Shown piece by piece: positions 50,990 through 64,000 of a stretch of DNA of 64,000 nucleotides. The notes beneath the pieces were generated by a model. The model searched no databases, had not been told where the DNA came from, and saw only the letters and a program-made list of their open reading frames with translations. How positions within the stretch are numbered: the first letter of the stretch is position 1; each line of letters opens with the position of its first letter. Both the position numbers and the translations under genes were made by a program. Source of the DNA: Danionella cerebrum (lineage: Eukaryota); the NCBI GenBank assembly GCA_007224835.1, contig SRMA01025353.1, positions 363,535 to 427,534 of the forward strand. Reading direction: 5' to 3'.

Positions 50990-51300
50990 TTGTTGAGCTT
51001 GCGACCCACTACTTCACTGGAGCTTGATTTAAATTATTTTGTGGTTGGTTCCTTTCTTTCCCAGAACATTGAGTTGATTTTTCGATTCCACAATGTTGGG
51101 TTAATTTTTAGATCCTATAATATTGGGTTGTTCCGTTTGATCCCCCAACATTGTCTTGTTCTTTCAGTTCGGCACCATTGGGTTGATTTTTCAATCTTGT
51201 AATATTGGCTTGTTCTTTTGATTCTGCAACATTGAGATCTTCCTTTTGATCTTGCAACTTTGGGCGATTCATTTCAATCCCAATTTCTGAAGATTATGCC
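50990..51300. repeat. Second tandem array: ~45-bp degenerate unit (tYgattYYacaaYattgRgttRttYYtttt)
   Basis: About seven diverged copies, immediately adjacent to the first minisatellite. Confidence 0.7.
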
Positions 51301-52909
51301 ATACTGGGTTTCACAGGAAGAAGAAACTAACACAAATGAGTGCTCTTGGTGTTTCCGCCACCATTAAATCAATCTCAACTTTGATTCTTTCTATTTTAAT
51401 CTATTAGCTCCTAACTATAATAGCAATTAACACTTTATTCTCTACAGATGCTTTATGAAAAATTTCTCGTCAATATTGTTGCTCTCACTATGTGTTGCAT
51501 ATTCATCAGTATTCGCAGCATGCATTAATAATGTCATTTAAATAAGCTTTTCCCTACCCTTCCAAATTTGTGAGTGAGAGAGAGCGAGTTAGCGAGAGTG
51601 TGTCTGTCTGTGTGTGTGTGTGAATGCACGGCACCACATCATAAAATTATGTCTCATTACATCTCCAGATCTCAGAAATCCTTAAGAGGCTGTGCTTAGA
51701 TCTTCCCGGTTCCTCATTTATAAGCCATTGCACCAGATCTGAGGCTAAACAGGCCAAAGAGGAAAGGATATTTCTGTTTTTTTAGTAAATGAGTTGTAAT
51801 GGTGCATTACAGAAGTCTAAACATGCTACAAAGGATTCTATAATGTGTATTACAAGAAGTATTAGTGTCAAAATGTAATATTTTTGCAATTCACGAAACA
51901 GATTGTTGCTTAATGCTAACATGATAAACATGTAGCCAGCTGTTTAGCATTCACCCATCGTATCCAGAGGGAATCCTTGTCATTGGATTATCTTTTACCC
52001 TGTCACATTTAATAGAGATGATCTATTAAAGCTTGCTACAGCTCTGTATTGGTATCCCTTAACAAACAGATCAGTTCCTTTACTGCTGTTGTCACTTTGA
52101 TAAAGCTTTTACACTAAAATCTACAAAATAATGATTCTCTTGGAAATATTCAAGGAGATTTCCAGAACAATGTGAATTTGTTGATTCTAGAGAAACCGGG
52201 GGTAAACAAAGCGTGATGGGGCATTCGAATATGTGCCTCATGTAGCTTTAAATCATAAACCTCAACACTTTCCACAGATTCTAGTATTTCCACCAGGAAC
52301 AGTCTTCGCAACAAAAACTTAAATGTTGTAGCAGAGGGAGACTCTGTTAAAATCATTTCAAAGAAACGGAAATATCAAACACATTAATGATTCGGAAGGC
52401 AAACCATGATAGATCCTGGCCCTTTTCTGATGTTGACAGATATGAAGTCCTTAAATACCTTTAACATTTGAAACCATGTAAACATGCCACAGGAAATTGA
52501 ATCATCAGTGTTTTGCTAGGATTTCTGCTGGTGGTTTTGTGATTCACAATCTCTTTTATCACCCTCATACCAAGCCTCCTCTAGAAGACCATTTCTGGAA
52601 AGTGTATTTTATGCAGCTGTCTCATTTCTGTCATTTCCATTCGCTGTTAGCATATTTTTGGTAATTCATTGAACGATTCATAACTGTTCAAAAATCCATT
52701 GTAATGTGATGTTTTCAAAATGTGCCTTTTACAGCTATAGCTCTAAAAGAAACATGCTTTTGGGATGTTGCTGTGTACCCTGTAAAAAGTGAGATGTTAT
52801 AGTGATTAGTGATATGATCTTTTCAGTCATTTAAATTTCAATATTTTATTTTTTAGTGATATTGTGCAAAATTGTCTAATATTAACACTTTGATAAAAGA
52901 TATTAATAA

Positions 52910-53107
<198 letters not shown>

Positions 53108-54102
53108 TGAGATTTCTGTAATTGAAAAGCATTTAGATGCTGCATAAAGGTAGTAGCGCTTTGGCTTCTTTAGCGTTCCAAAATTAAGAGAACAACAGTG
53201 CAAACGAGTAGCTGTAAATCTAAATGGCTTAAGTTTGTACACAAACTTTGATGTTGGCTTGTAAATTGCTGTTAAAGTCATGTCTCAGTGACTTTCCTAA
53301 GATGAGATAGAGATATGAAAAATTGGTTGCTATGGCAAACAGTCCGGTTGCTATGGAGAGGTCAATGACTTCATATACGGTCCCCATATCACTGTGAGTG
53401 TAACAAAAAAATCCACATATCTTTGTCATTTACCAAAACTTGGTTGCTAGGGTAAATTACTTGGTTGCTAGGGAGTTGATCTCATAAAAATTAGTTTATT
53501 ACTATGATTAACAAAAAACGACCCCGCTACAATGTTTCATAATTTATTTTCAATCATTATTTTAAGTCAATGGTAAATCTTTAAGCCCTTTTAGATCCTA
53601 GGGTACTTTGCACATTTTTTTGTCTAAAGAACATAATACAAGTAACAATATTTCACAATGCAAACATAATTAATGGTATAAGGAGGCAAAAAAATACTGA
53701 CGTCCTACGACTTTCTTCTGATGTGTCCCTGCACCTCACTGTCTCTTATCTAATCTTTCATTATTTCTCACATCATGTATTAAAATAAACACTTCTAAAC
53801 AGTTCTGCCTCTCCAGGCAAAATGGCATAAGAACAGACAGGACCCCCACCCACGCTCACATCCCTTCCAGTCACTTCTCTCTCTCCGTCTATTCCTTTCA
53901 GACACACATTTGCGTTCTCTCTTTTCCTCAGGATCAAAGCCATATTCTAACTGTGTGTCTTGAGGGAGGGTGCGTGAGCGTTAACAGCAGCACATAAAGC
54001 AAATCTCATTTTTATGGAAGCCAGTTGGAAATCCCCACAAAAGCCGAAAAGCGTGGCACAGATGTGTCCGAAGTGTGTTTCGTACTGTCTTGCTCTTACT
54101 AG

Positions 54103-54240
<138 letters not shown>

Positions 54241-55710
54241 TGAGTGTTAATGAGATGTCTGCTCCAATATTTCTGTGCTCACTTCACATTCCCAAAAGAC
54301 GTAAAGGCTCTTTTATCTTTCATCATTTCCATAATGTGCCTGTTTCACTTGGACACTGCATGCATTTTTTTTTTCCGCCTTCTCCTCCAACCCGTCTGTC
54401 TCACGCGGTCTCTGTCATGTGGGTGGCAGGCGAGCAGCAGAAAGGCTAAGTGTTCTGTTTCATTCACTCAGAAGTAATAGAGACCCAGGCCGGTCATATA
54501 ATTACTCCTCGCCTCAGATTGAAGCTTTCTCACATAGGGCTATCTGCTTAAAAGCAGGTTTGCCCTCCGCTCCATAGGAGTCCTCTCACAAAAATCATGA
54601 TTTCATATCATATCAAACTGCTCATGAGGGGGCCAACATTACCGGAAGGAACAAGAGAGGGAGCTCTTCATATAAAGCTTCTCTATGTTTTATATTTAGA
54701 AATTCTTCCAGTTTCATTCCTGTGGCTCCATTTGGCTTTAGGGGAGCAAGGCTGGTAAAGGTCAGATGAAGAAGTTCCTGGAGGGTTTATTATTGGTTTA
54801 TTATTATGTGTACAGTACTGTAGGCACGTATTTATATTCAGGAATAATATGTTGTTTAATTTATTTTGTTAAATAAGGGATTTTGTAGGATTATAGTTGG
54901 GGGTTAAATGAGCAACAAGTTCTGCCAAACAGATGCTTTTCTAGTCGTGTAACAGTTTACAAAAACTACAGTTTTGGTTCGTTTTCAATTAAGCAATAAT
55001 AATAATAATAATAATAATACACAAAATTCCTTATTTTTTAAATAGAAATACAAGCAAATTAACCCTTTGATGTATGGAGCCTTTTTAAGCCATTTTATTA
55101 TTTTTGCTCCAATAAATTACTTTTAAATGATTTTTTGTGGCAGTGCTTCTTTTTTTACAAATTTGTTTTTATTACTTTACACTATAATTCCACAAAGAAC
55201 ATGCAATACCATCAGGGAGGTGTATGGGAGCCCGCAAATGCATGACCCGAAACACACAGCATGGCCACAGAGATCTCAACATCATTGAGTGTTTCTGAGG
55301 TTGTGTGAGGAAGAGATGTGAGAAAGCTGCATTCCACAACAAATCTGTGCTTAGTTCTCAAAGATGGAACAACTTTAACCAGAGTTTGTTCAAATACCAT
55401 GTACAAGTGTATCAAGGAAACCCTATTTAGTGTGAACACTTATCAAAATATTAAAAAAAAAACAGCAGAATTTGTCATTTTGTAAGCTTTTTTTTTTTTG
55501 CACGGTACATTACACGGAAGAAACAGGGTTTCATATTCTGATCATTCCCCAGCTTGCTTCTGAGTTCTCACAGTGATCCATTTGAAAAAAAACCTGTTTG
55601 ACGTGTCCTTTGAAATGAACTTTGGGGGTGGTGGGGGGGAGGGGGTGGATTGAGGGCTGGGGGCATCGTTCTTCATCTTTCAAAATGAGCTGAAATTGAT
55701 GATCCACTGA

Positions 55711-55983
<273 letters not shown>

Positions 55984-56072
55984 TAGTTGCATTCAATGAC
56001 CTATGCTAAGCTACGCTAAAAGTGTCATCCACAAATACAAAAAGTTATGTGTTCCTTTAAAAGTTTAGTATA

Positions 56073-56520
56073 CTATATACAGTTGTGCTCATAGGCCATT
56101 TTTTCAGAAGAAGTGGAAAGTGGGGGATTTTGTTGAAAACAACAAACATTTCTGCTACAACTGCCAGAAAAATTGTATGGGATGCAAAGAAAAACCCACA
56201 AATAACTTCAGCTGGGCTAAATACAGGGCTGTCTAAAAATGTGATGTGGCTTTTTAAAGGAGAAAAATAAGGAGACACTTGAAGAAAAATGGGTTGCATG
56301 GTCGAGTTGCCAGAAAATAGCCATTACTACACAAATTCCACAAAGAACGCTGCTTATAAAACGCCAAACGGCTCCAAGACAAGCTCCAGACTTCTGGAAC
56401 ATGGAACGATGAGACCAAAATTTTACTTTTTGTCAACAATCATAAACTCTACATTGTTGGTCAAGTGACTGCTCCGGGTACAGTGCCGTAAACCAAGGAC
56501 AATGCTAACTTTTAGTTGTA
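56073..56520 (+). mobile_element. Tc1-like element 5' part (terminal repeat tacagttgtgctcatagg plus the transposase N-terminal coding remnant) in doc2a intron 9
   Basis: Terminal repeat motif plus translated fragments resembling the Tc1 transposase N-terminal region (…TAGLNTGLSKNVMW…, …HGTMRPKFYFLSTIINS…). Confidence 0.55.
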
Positions 56521-56771
56521 TCGGCAGTAATGGTTAGGCATTACGGATACTCAAACATTTACATACTCCAAAATATCTGTACATTAGGGGCTAGGGTTCA
56601 CTCCTATCATCAAACATTGGGTTGTTATAGAGTTAGGAGACGTGATCAATCTGAACCCGCCCCTTTCTCTGCAGGCTCCAATCAGACTCCTCTATATAAA
56701 CAGTATTTGGTAATGTAATACTTTTTGTTAAAAGTCAGATAATGAACTGAAAACCCTCTCTTGAATGCCAG

Positions 56772-56908
56772 GTGGTGTGTGCCTGAGCTGTCACGTTCAA
56801 GGAGATGCCCTTCGCCACTGGATGGACTGTTTGAGGAACAAAGGTCAGAAGGTTGAACGCTGGCACATTCTAGCCAATGAGCTGCCTCAGACCACCTGCC
56901 ACGACTGA
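56772..56908 (+). CDS. doc2a: doc2a terminal coding exon (GGVCLSCHVQGDALRHWMDCLRNKGQKVERWHILANELPQTTCHD, stop TGA)
   Basis: Matches the DOC2 C-terminus ([39 protein letters not shown]...SD). Acceptor tgccag. The ten exons total 422 codons. Confidence 0.85.
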
Positions 56909-59900
56909 GGAAGAAGCCAGGAAATCAAACAGGATAGGTTAATGGCTTTGATTGGTATGAGGTGAACAGAGATAATTATACGAGCTAACTAGGGGCCAAG
57001 TGTTCGGAAGTAAATTACACACTTGGAAGGTGGAGGATGGGCTGAGTCAGCGTCACTCTGCAAGGGTTCCACACACTTCTCTTTCACTCACTGCTGCACG
57101 TTTTCTACACATTTTGTAAAGTTGGGGTCAATTTCACTCGAATGGAATCTTGTGTAGCACTGTTTTGGACTGCAATGTATCTCAATGTTCAGTGTTTCCG
57201 TAATGCTTGCAGCCACGAAACGTCTTAACCAAACGCGGGGGGTGCATGTGAGCTAACTGAAAAACATTTACTGCATCATCACGACAGCATGGGAAAAGTG
57301 GTATTACTCTCAGTGTTGTCAAATGAGGAGGACCTGATTCCCATCCATTTTGTAGCATGATTTCAATATGGCGGTTTTCAATTTCCTTTAAAAACACGAG
57401 TTTTATGGACATGCTACACTTTGATATCGCATACGTTGTTACTTAATATATTTTTGGGACCAACTGTTTATATGTGCCACGTACAAGGACTATCTGGAGT
57501 GCGTCTGCATGCGTTTGCGAGTGTCATCTGGTTGTTTTGTACCCCAAAAAAGTGCTGTATTCTTGAGGAATTTGTGATTTGCATTTATATGAAGTGCTCA
57601 TGTACAAATTGGAAATACATTTGAAATGCATTGCTCTTTACGATGTGCGTGAGTTTCCTGTATTCTCTTCAAACGAACATGGATTAGAATTGGAATTGCC
57701 ATGCAAGCAACACATTTATTGTGATCCCCAACGTCATTTGAGCACTCTTCACTGGAATAACATCATTTACAGAGGCTTCCAAGTGGGAACGGTCCCAGTT
57801 CTCTATTAACCTGCCAGATAACATCAGGTTTTTTTGCTTCTGTAGATTTTACCAGACATGTTGTATAATTTGGCCTTTTATTTTAAAATGCTAATGGTCT
57901 GACTCGTCTATGCTAAGCTACACTAAAACAACTTTCAATCTAAATATTTCTAGTTGTGCCTTAATTAGCGTGTTTTGTTTGGAAGCGCCAAACTAGCACA
58001 TTTGACATTGTTGTCCTGTATTTCAGTGATTAATTACTCAAATTGCCACTAGTCCTGGATGCTGTGGTCCTCAACATTGCCTTTCCTTTTTTAAAAACAG
58101 TTGTCATCATTGAAATTGACAGGAAAGTCCAGTTGATCTATTGTGGCTCGAGATATGGCCAGATGTCTACCGCCATCTTCTTATGACATGTGTGTTTCAT
58201 ACTGTGGGGAACAGTATTTATGACAGGGGCTACGGTCCACTGGACATTGTCACAAGAAATCTGATTTAAAATAAGTTTTGAAATGTTAATGAGAAGATTA
58301 CTTACATTTGTCTCTTTGGTCGTGCTGGCGGCCGTCTTACCCCTTTGTTTCGAAGTATAGCTCCAGACATCTTTTGGGACTAAGATCCATACAGTTGTTC
58401 TTCTATCAAAAGAGAATTGGGACACCCCTTCACCTCATATAGGTAAGGATAAGAGGTAGAACCGACTCAATCTTTTTATCCTGGTTTACTGGGGCATTTA
58501 TGAGATTTACAAGATGTATTTAAATGGTATATGAGTAAAGATTTTAATTTAACAGCTCATTATGCTGAAGAAAATGTCTTTTTCTCATTCTTCTGTTACG
58601 TTTAGAGCATTCATAATGAGTAAAGAGTCTTGAGAAAAATATATGTGACAGCTTTATTACTAATTTAATGCTGGAATTGTATGCATCAAGTTAAATATTA
58701 AAATACAGCATGGGAATATAGTAATAATCAATTCACGCTGTCTGGATGTTTGAAGGGAGGGAATGAGTAAATAACAATTATAAAAATGGCTCCTTATAAA
58801 TAAATCATGAAAGACTAGAAAAGTTATGCAAAATAACATGTAGAGTAATTTGGGGGATTGGCGTCTGATAAAAATAGTTCTTTACTGCTCAACATTGCCA
58901 CCAAGTGGAAATATACTGTATTTTTCCAGGAAATGGACACAGGTGGTCTGAACACAAGGTTCAAAATGCTTTTGAACAGCATTTCCTTTCTTAGACTTAG
59001 ACTGCTTTTAGCACCTCATCCAGATTGGTACAAAACCAGAACTGGTGAGGGCAGGGGTTTTACACTTTTCCTAACTTCAAATTTCAGCACTTTCAATGTG
59101 CATTTTCATGCTTTTCTAACACAAGACGAACGTGGTAAGTTACATTTATGTGGTCTGTATGCTTTTTCACATTAAATCCATTATTTTTCACACAATATGA
59201 CATTTATTGTTTATTGACATTTGGATTTATCTGTCTGGTGTTAAGAGAAATTTATCATTTTTATCAAACAATTTCATCAAACACACAAGCACAATGAAAG
59301 GCAACAAAAAACTCAACTGAACCAAATATAGTGCCAAGTAAATCCATGGTGAGGAGCTGAAGATCATTTTTGTATATGTTGCTGGTTCACATTTTGGGCA
59401 TAATTTATATTTTTCGTCTTCCAGCCAACATGCATTAAAACAAAAACTTACTGGCATGTTTTTATCACCGGCTCCATTCCAGGGGCTCACGTCCAGTGAA
59501 AGATTCCATTACTGCAGCCACCTGTGTAGTCTCGAGTTATTATGCGCAAAAACTTTACCCAAACCAAAAACTGATTAAGAAAACAAATTATTATGAAAGC
59601 AACACAATTGAAAAACAAGAATTAATTGTGTGCTATTAGTGCATGAGGAAGCTACGTGGTTGTAGAGTTTTCTGCTTTTTGACCTGTCAGTGAGCTCAAC
59701 AACTGACCAGTCAGTGATCAACAGGAAGTTATCATGCTTTTTCTTTCCAATGAAGTGTCAGCGTGGGCAGATTAAGATGGAAAAGCCCAGAAAGTTGAGT
59801 CAAGCCGTTACAAAACAGGTTGATGGAATGGTGCATACTTGTCAACAGTATTCTCTGATTGGTTTGGAAATGGACTTCTAGGGCTGAAATTTTACATGCA

Positions 59901-60276
59901 TTGCTGGCAAAAGATGAGAAAACACTTCAGACAAATAAATCCATTTTATTCATCGGGTAAAGGATAACACTACAACTGATTTGTGTCTCCTGTTGGTCTG
60001 ATGACAGGGCACACAACACAAGAATGTGATTTATTTCAGCAACACCATTAAACACTGCTCTCCAAGGGTTTTCCGAGGACATGTCACTTACACTCTCTCA
60101 ATATCTGCCCACAGGCGACTCCCAGCATGCCACGTTTACGACATCTCACCCAGACAGCACCACTTATTTGACTCTGTGATCGAGCGCGGTAATTCTGCAC
60201 CCATGCGAAAGAATCAACAGGGATTCCTTCACCGGAATCTCTCCATTAGGTCTTTTAAGCCGGAAACAGCCCTCTC

Positions 60277-61148
60277 TCACCTATTATGAACGCGCATGTG
60301 ATTTCGACATGTGTAGGCGTCCTTGAAGCTGCGCCCACACACCGGACAGCCATAGAGACGTAACTGCAGATGCACGCGGCTGTGGTTCCTCAGAGTCCCG
60401 TCGTTGTTGAAGCGTTTGCCGCATTGGTCACAAACAAACGGCTTCTCGCCGGTGTGAATAACCATGTGCACTTTCAAACGTGAGTAGTGAGGGAACAGCT
60501 TTCCACACTGCGGGCATACATGTGTCCCAGGACGTTTGTGTCTTCCTCGTCCTCTAGTCTGCCTCGTTTCCTTGCTGAACGCTGGGTGATGTAGGGAATC
60601 GATATTAGCAAACTCCAGTTGACAGCTATTGGCGGTGGTGTCGTTTCTGAGCTTGGTGGTTTGATGACCCATGTTGTGGTTGACTTGAGGTACATTTGTT
60701 TTTGGGCTCGTCGTCCTCCTCAAATTTGGACCGACTTTGCTAATTGATTCCTGCTTTTGACTCATGTGCTTAGTAGACGGAAGAGCGGTGGAATTGGATG
60801 ATATCGGAGCTTTAGGATCACAAATACGGCTTATTTCAGAAGTTGCTGGTAATGGACTGCAGGAGGAGGTCTTGGTATCATTGGCTGGAGAGGGGAGGGG
60901 TTCACTAGGCTCTGTTTTAACTCCGCATTGAATCTCATTTAAACTGGAGGTCTCAAAGTCTTTATCGATTTGAGCCAGTGCATTTGGTAAACCGATGTCT
61001 GATTCATTTACTATGAGCACGTGGCTTGAGATCCCCTCCACCTTTGAGATCATACTCTGTTCATTTTGTGCTTGGTTCTGATAGAAATCTGTAGCCTCCG
61101 TGTTGATGTTCCAGTTTAGTCGAGGAGGTGAAGATGTCGGAGCAGGTC
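60277..61148 (-). CDS. C2H2 zinc-finger gene, coding exon 2: ~200-aa Ser/Thr/Pro/Asn-rich linker followed by three C2H2 fingers (CPQCGKLFPHYSRLKVHMVIHTGEKPF, CDQCGKRFNNDGTLRNHSRVH, CPVCGRSFKDAYTCRNHMRVH)
   Basis: Long ORF on the minus strand joined in phase to exon 1 via acceptor ttttctag at 61149. Canonical C-x2-C-x12-H-x3-H repeats with TGEKP linkers. Confidence 0.75.
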
Positions 61149-62253
61149 CTAGAAAATATGATTGATTTGAGAAAATCAGACGAATAAAACTGTACGCAAG
61201 CAAATTGAAAAAGTATCATAAGTAGCCAAAGTGTCAGCAACAAGACCCAAGGTAGTTATACTGTATTAACACATTTCAGCAGATAGGGGTTTTCAAGTTG
61301 TTCAAGCTCTTCTTAAGAGGCCAAAGAAACGGGCAACATTGCGGATTGTAGGATCAGTGGATGACCAATGAACCTTACTTCAGCAGATGAAAGATTACCA
61401 TCCTTTAAAATTGGAAGTTGTTCAGCAGTGCCATCATATCAGATCTGGCAGAAACCAGTGTATAGCCATCTACTGTCTGGAAGTCAGGCCAGACTTTATC
61501 TTCATGGAAGAGTTGTGTCCAAAAAGCTTCTAAAACGGGAACAAGGCCAAGCAACTCAAGTATGTTGGTAAACAGAACTGTCGATCAGACAACTGGCTTC
61601 CAAATTTGAAATATTTGATGTAGCAGGAGGCTGGATAATGTGTCTGCAAAGTGGAGGTTCCTTAAACGTTTGGGGCTGCATTTCTGCAAATGCCGTTTGA
61701 GAATTGGTCAGGATTATTGTTGTTCTCAATGGTGGGAAATCCAGTCAGTTATTTATCTATCATGCATTGCCATCAAGAGGCATATGATTGGCCATAAATG
61801 TATTGAGCCGTAGGACAATGACCGCAAACACACATGCAGTTAGGATTAAGTATTGGAGGTACATTTTGGACAGTTCTGTACTTGGGACAAAAAAACTGAA
61901 TTCTTTTTTAAATATATATGGCAGAACCCACGGTCATTTTGTGTATATATAGTGTATTCCTAAACCAAATATTTGCTCTAAAATGTACACGTTTTTAACC
62001 CTTAATTCGTTCACAGTTTGTAAAGTATTGAAGTAAAAAAATGACCTAAAAAAAGGCCCCAGAACAGAGAAAACGGTATAATCATTTTTGTACGTTCCAA
62101 TATAACATATTAGTTTGAGCCGTACGTTATTACAATGTTGAATAGAACCGTTACGACCGTTACGCCTCCAGTGATCACCATGGTAACACTAATGCGAGAG
62201 CAGAAAGTAAACAACTGTATTTAAGGCACGTATTTATTCAAAAGATGGTGTAC

Positions 62254-62437
62254 CGATTGAGTTCAGGATTTTCTCAACCTCCTTGAGTCTCCGTCTGAGG
62301 AAGTCGTTGTCTTTCTGCGCGCAGTCTAGCTCTTTCTCGTACTGCAGGACCGTCCCGCCGACCATCTCCACGATCTCTTCTAGCACCGCCATCAAGCGCC
62401 CCGTCACGAACGTGTTGATGACCTCAAGCTTCGTCAT
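62254..62437 (-). CDS. C2H2 zinc-finger gene, coding exon 1. Encodes a conserved teleost ZNF N-terminal domain (MTKLEVINTFVTGRLMAVLEEIVEMVGGTVLQYEKELDCAQKDNDFLRRRLKEVEKILNSI)
   Basis: ATG at 62437-62435, donor GTACAC in phase 1. The motif F-x3-RL-x4-EEI...EYE-x-E-x(8)-LL/RRL resembles the N-terminal ZNF-associated domain shared by large fish-specific ZNF families (FiNZ-like). I infer the family from memory of the motif, not from a search. Confidence 0.6.
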
Positions 62438-64000
62438 TTTGCTTTTGGCTCGTGGTTAAATGTAAGTTTAAATCGTCTTCGCAGTGATCGTATGTCTGCG
62501 TGTTAATGTATTTGTTCCTCATCCACAGAAACGAACAGTAGACTCTTGTAGTTGAGCGCCCGCTACAGGCGGGGAGTGGTATTAACAAACGATTTGATAC
62601 TGTAAATCTTGAATGTTGTGTATTATTAACAACAATTATAGAAAACTGTTTACTTATGAACGTCACAAATGAAAGAAAATGACGACGTAGTTTGATATAA
62701 ACATATGCTTTCCTAAAAGGCCTTTGGTCACAGTCACAGTTTTACCACAGCGGTGAGAATTGACATGATGCCATATGTAAACTGTAACTTTTAATACTTT
62801 TAAACATTTTTCGTTTACATTTATAGCTAATAAAAATCAGTTATCAGGAAATCACTCTAATGGATTCGAAATCCCATAAAACTCGGGTTGCAGTTTTTAA
62901 TCACTCAAGTGCCTTTGGTAGTTTTTAAATAAAAATTTCATCACAAATATGACAAATTGTGCATGTGTTCATTGTAGAAGGCAAAGGTATCTGTGTTCAG
63001 AGATGCTCATAGCCAATTCATTTTCATATTTGATTTGGAAATCTTACATTACTTTATTAATGATTATTCGGCAAACATATGTTCAGTTAGTGAGGGTAGC
63101 TAGATCTTAGTGTTTTACACTTCATACATACATCTTGCCCTTCTGTGTTTGAGAACAAAAAAGCTTTTTAAAACGAGCTTTAAATCTGTCATAATGATCT
63201 GGGTCTGATCCTGGGTTTTTGAACGTTTATATACATAATTAAATAAAAGGAATGTCAGACATTCGTGCAAATACATTGCTTTCCACATATAAAGGAATAA
63301 TCAGTTAGTCAGCAGTTCTTGTATTTTTTGTACATAAAATAACAAACATAGACAACACTGTCTTGAAACAGAACCCATTTATTTTACGATATTTGAAATT
63401 AAGAAATAATTTTTTTTTTCAAATTTCAAAGATACAAAGATATAGCAAGCATCCCCTCACTACAGAAAAAAGATAAAAATAAACATTTGCCAGATTTTAT
63501 ATAGTGTCTGTTCATGTTCAGAATCAGTTGCAATTTTTGTAGTATGCATCCTTAAAAAATATTATTTTGAAGAAACTGATCTGAATAAGCAAGAGAAAGA
63601 TCTTAATTCTTCATCGTCAATATTTTTTTTTTAAATATCGTAATTAATACAAATGTAAAACTCTGTATGGTTTTTAAGGTATCTCTGTGCCTTTATGGTT
63701 TTTAAAAGACAATTTCAGTAAACAAGAGTCAGACTTCAAGAGTCTGTTCCATACAAAGTTCAACCTTAACTAACCTTACCCAAACACATTAATCAAATTG
63801 GACACATGTGATCTATAGTATATTACCTTTGTCTCAACCTGCAGTATACTAGTATGTGGCAAAAGATGTTTTAAAAATATATTTTATTACCAAACTAACC
63901 ACAAGTAAAACATTTCAAGCCTGTTTCAATTTGAGTGTTTTTTCTTTGTGGGCAGGTGCCAATCACCAATCCCCCCCCCCAAAAAAAACTTCTTGGCACT

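Noticed and set aside
58138-59175. 95-aa (minus) and 105-aa (plus) ORFs between doc2a and the ZNF gene
   Set aside because: No homology I can recognise and no clear splice signals. The region is probably doc2a 3' UTR or intergenic DNA.

Overview
This window is vertebrate genomic DNA, almost certainly a cyprinid fish and most consistent with zebrafish. Evidence: GT-AG introns, AATAAA poly(A) signals, abundant Tc1/mariner remnants, SINE-like fragments, microsatellites and minisatellites. It is not prokaryotic, so operon, CRISPR and defence-island logic does not apply. I found no evidence of a novel 'system'. The ORF track appears to allow GTG/TTG starts (its 'M' at sgf29 11618 is GTG and at spns1 4584 is TTG), so its leading M is not always ATG. 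By homology and splice-phase reconstruction I could assemble six protein-coding genes. The first five form a block orthologous to human 16p11.2. (1) spns1, a spinster-homolog MFS transporter on the minus strand: 11 coding exons at 637-4554, with the terminal exon(s) beyond the window start. (2) nfatc2ip/NIP45 on the minus strand: 9 coding exons at 6743-10005, with two C-terminal ubiquitin-like domains. (3) sgf29/ccdc101 on the minus strand: 9 coding exons at 11185-14358, 293 codons, matching human SGF29 length. (4) nupr1 on the plus strand: 2 coding exons at 18332-18653. (5) A doc2a-like double-C2 gene on the plus strand: 10 coding exons at 38101-56908 with a Munc13-interacting N-terminus, C2A and C2B. 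(6) A 2-exon C2H2 zinc-finger gene on the minus strand at 60277-62437, with a fish-type N-terminal ZNF-associated domain. Introns and intergenic DNA carry multiple Tc1-like transposon remnants from at least two families, a MITE-like inverted-repeat element, a recurring dispersed repeat seen four times, microsatellites, a ~650-bp purine-rich (GA/GGA) tract and two minisatellite arrays. Exon coordinates come from manual splice-site and reading-frame reasoning, not from a gene finder. Exon boundaries rest on canonical AG/GT sites plus frame continuity and should be confirmed with RNA-seq or orthologue alignment.
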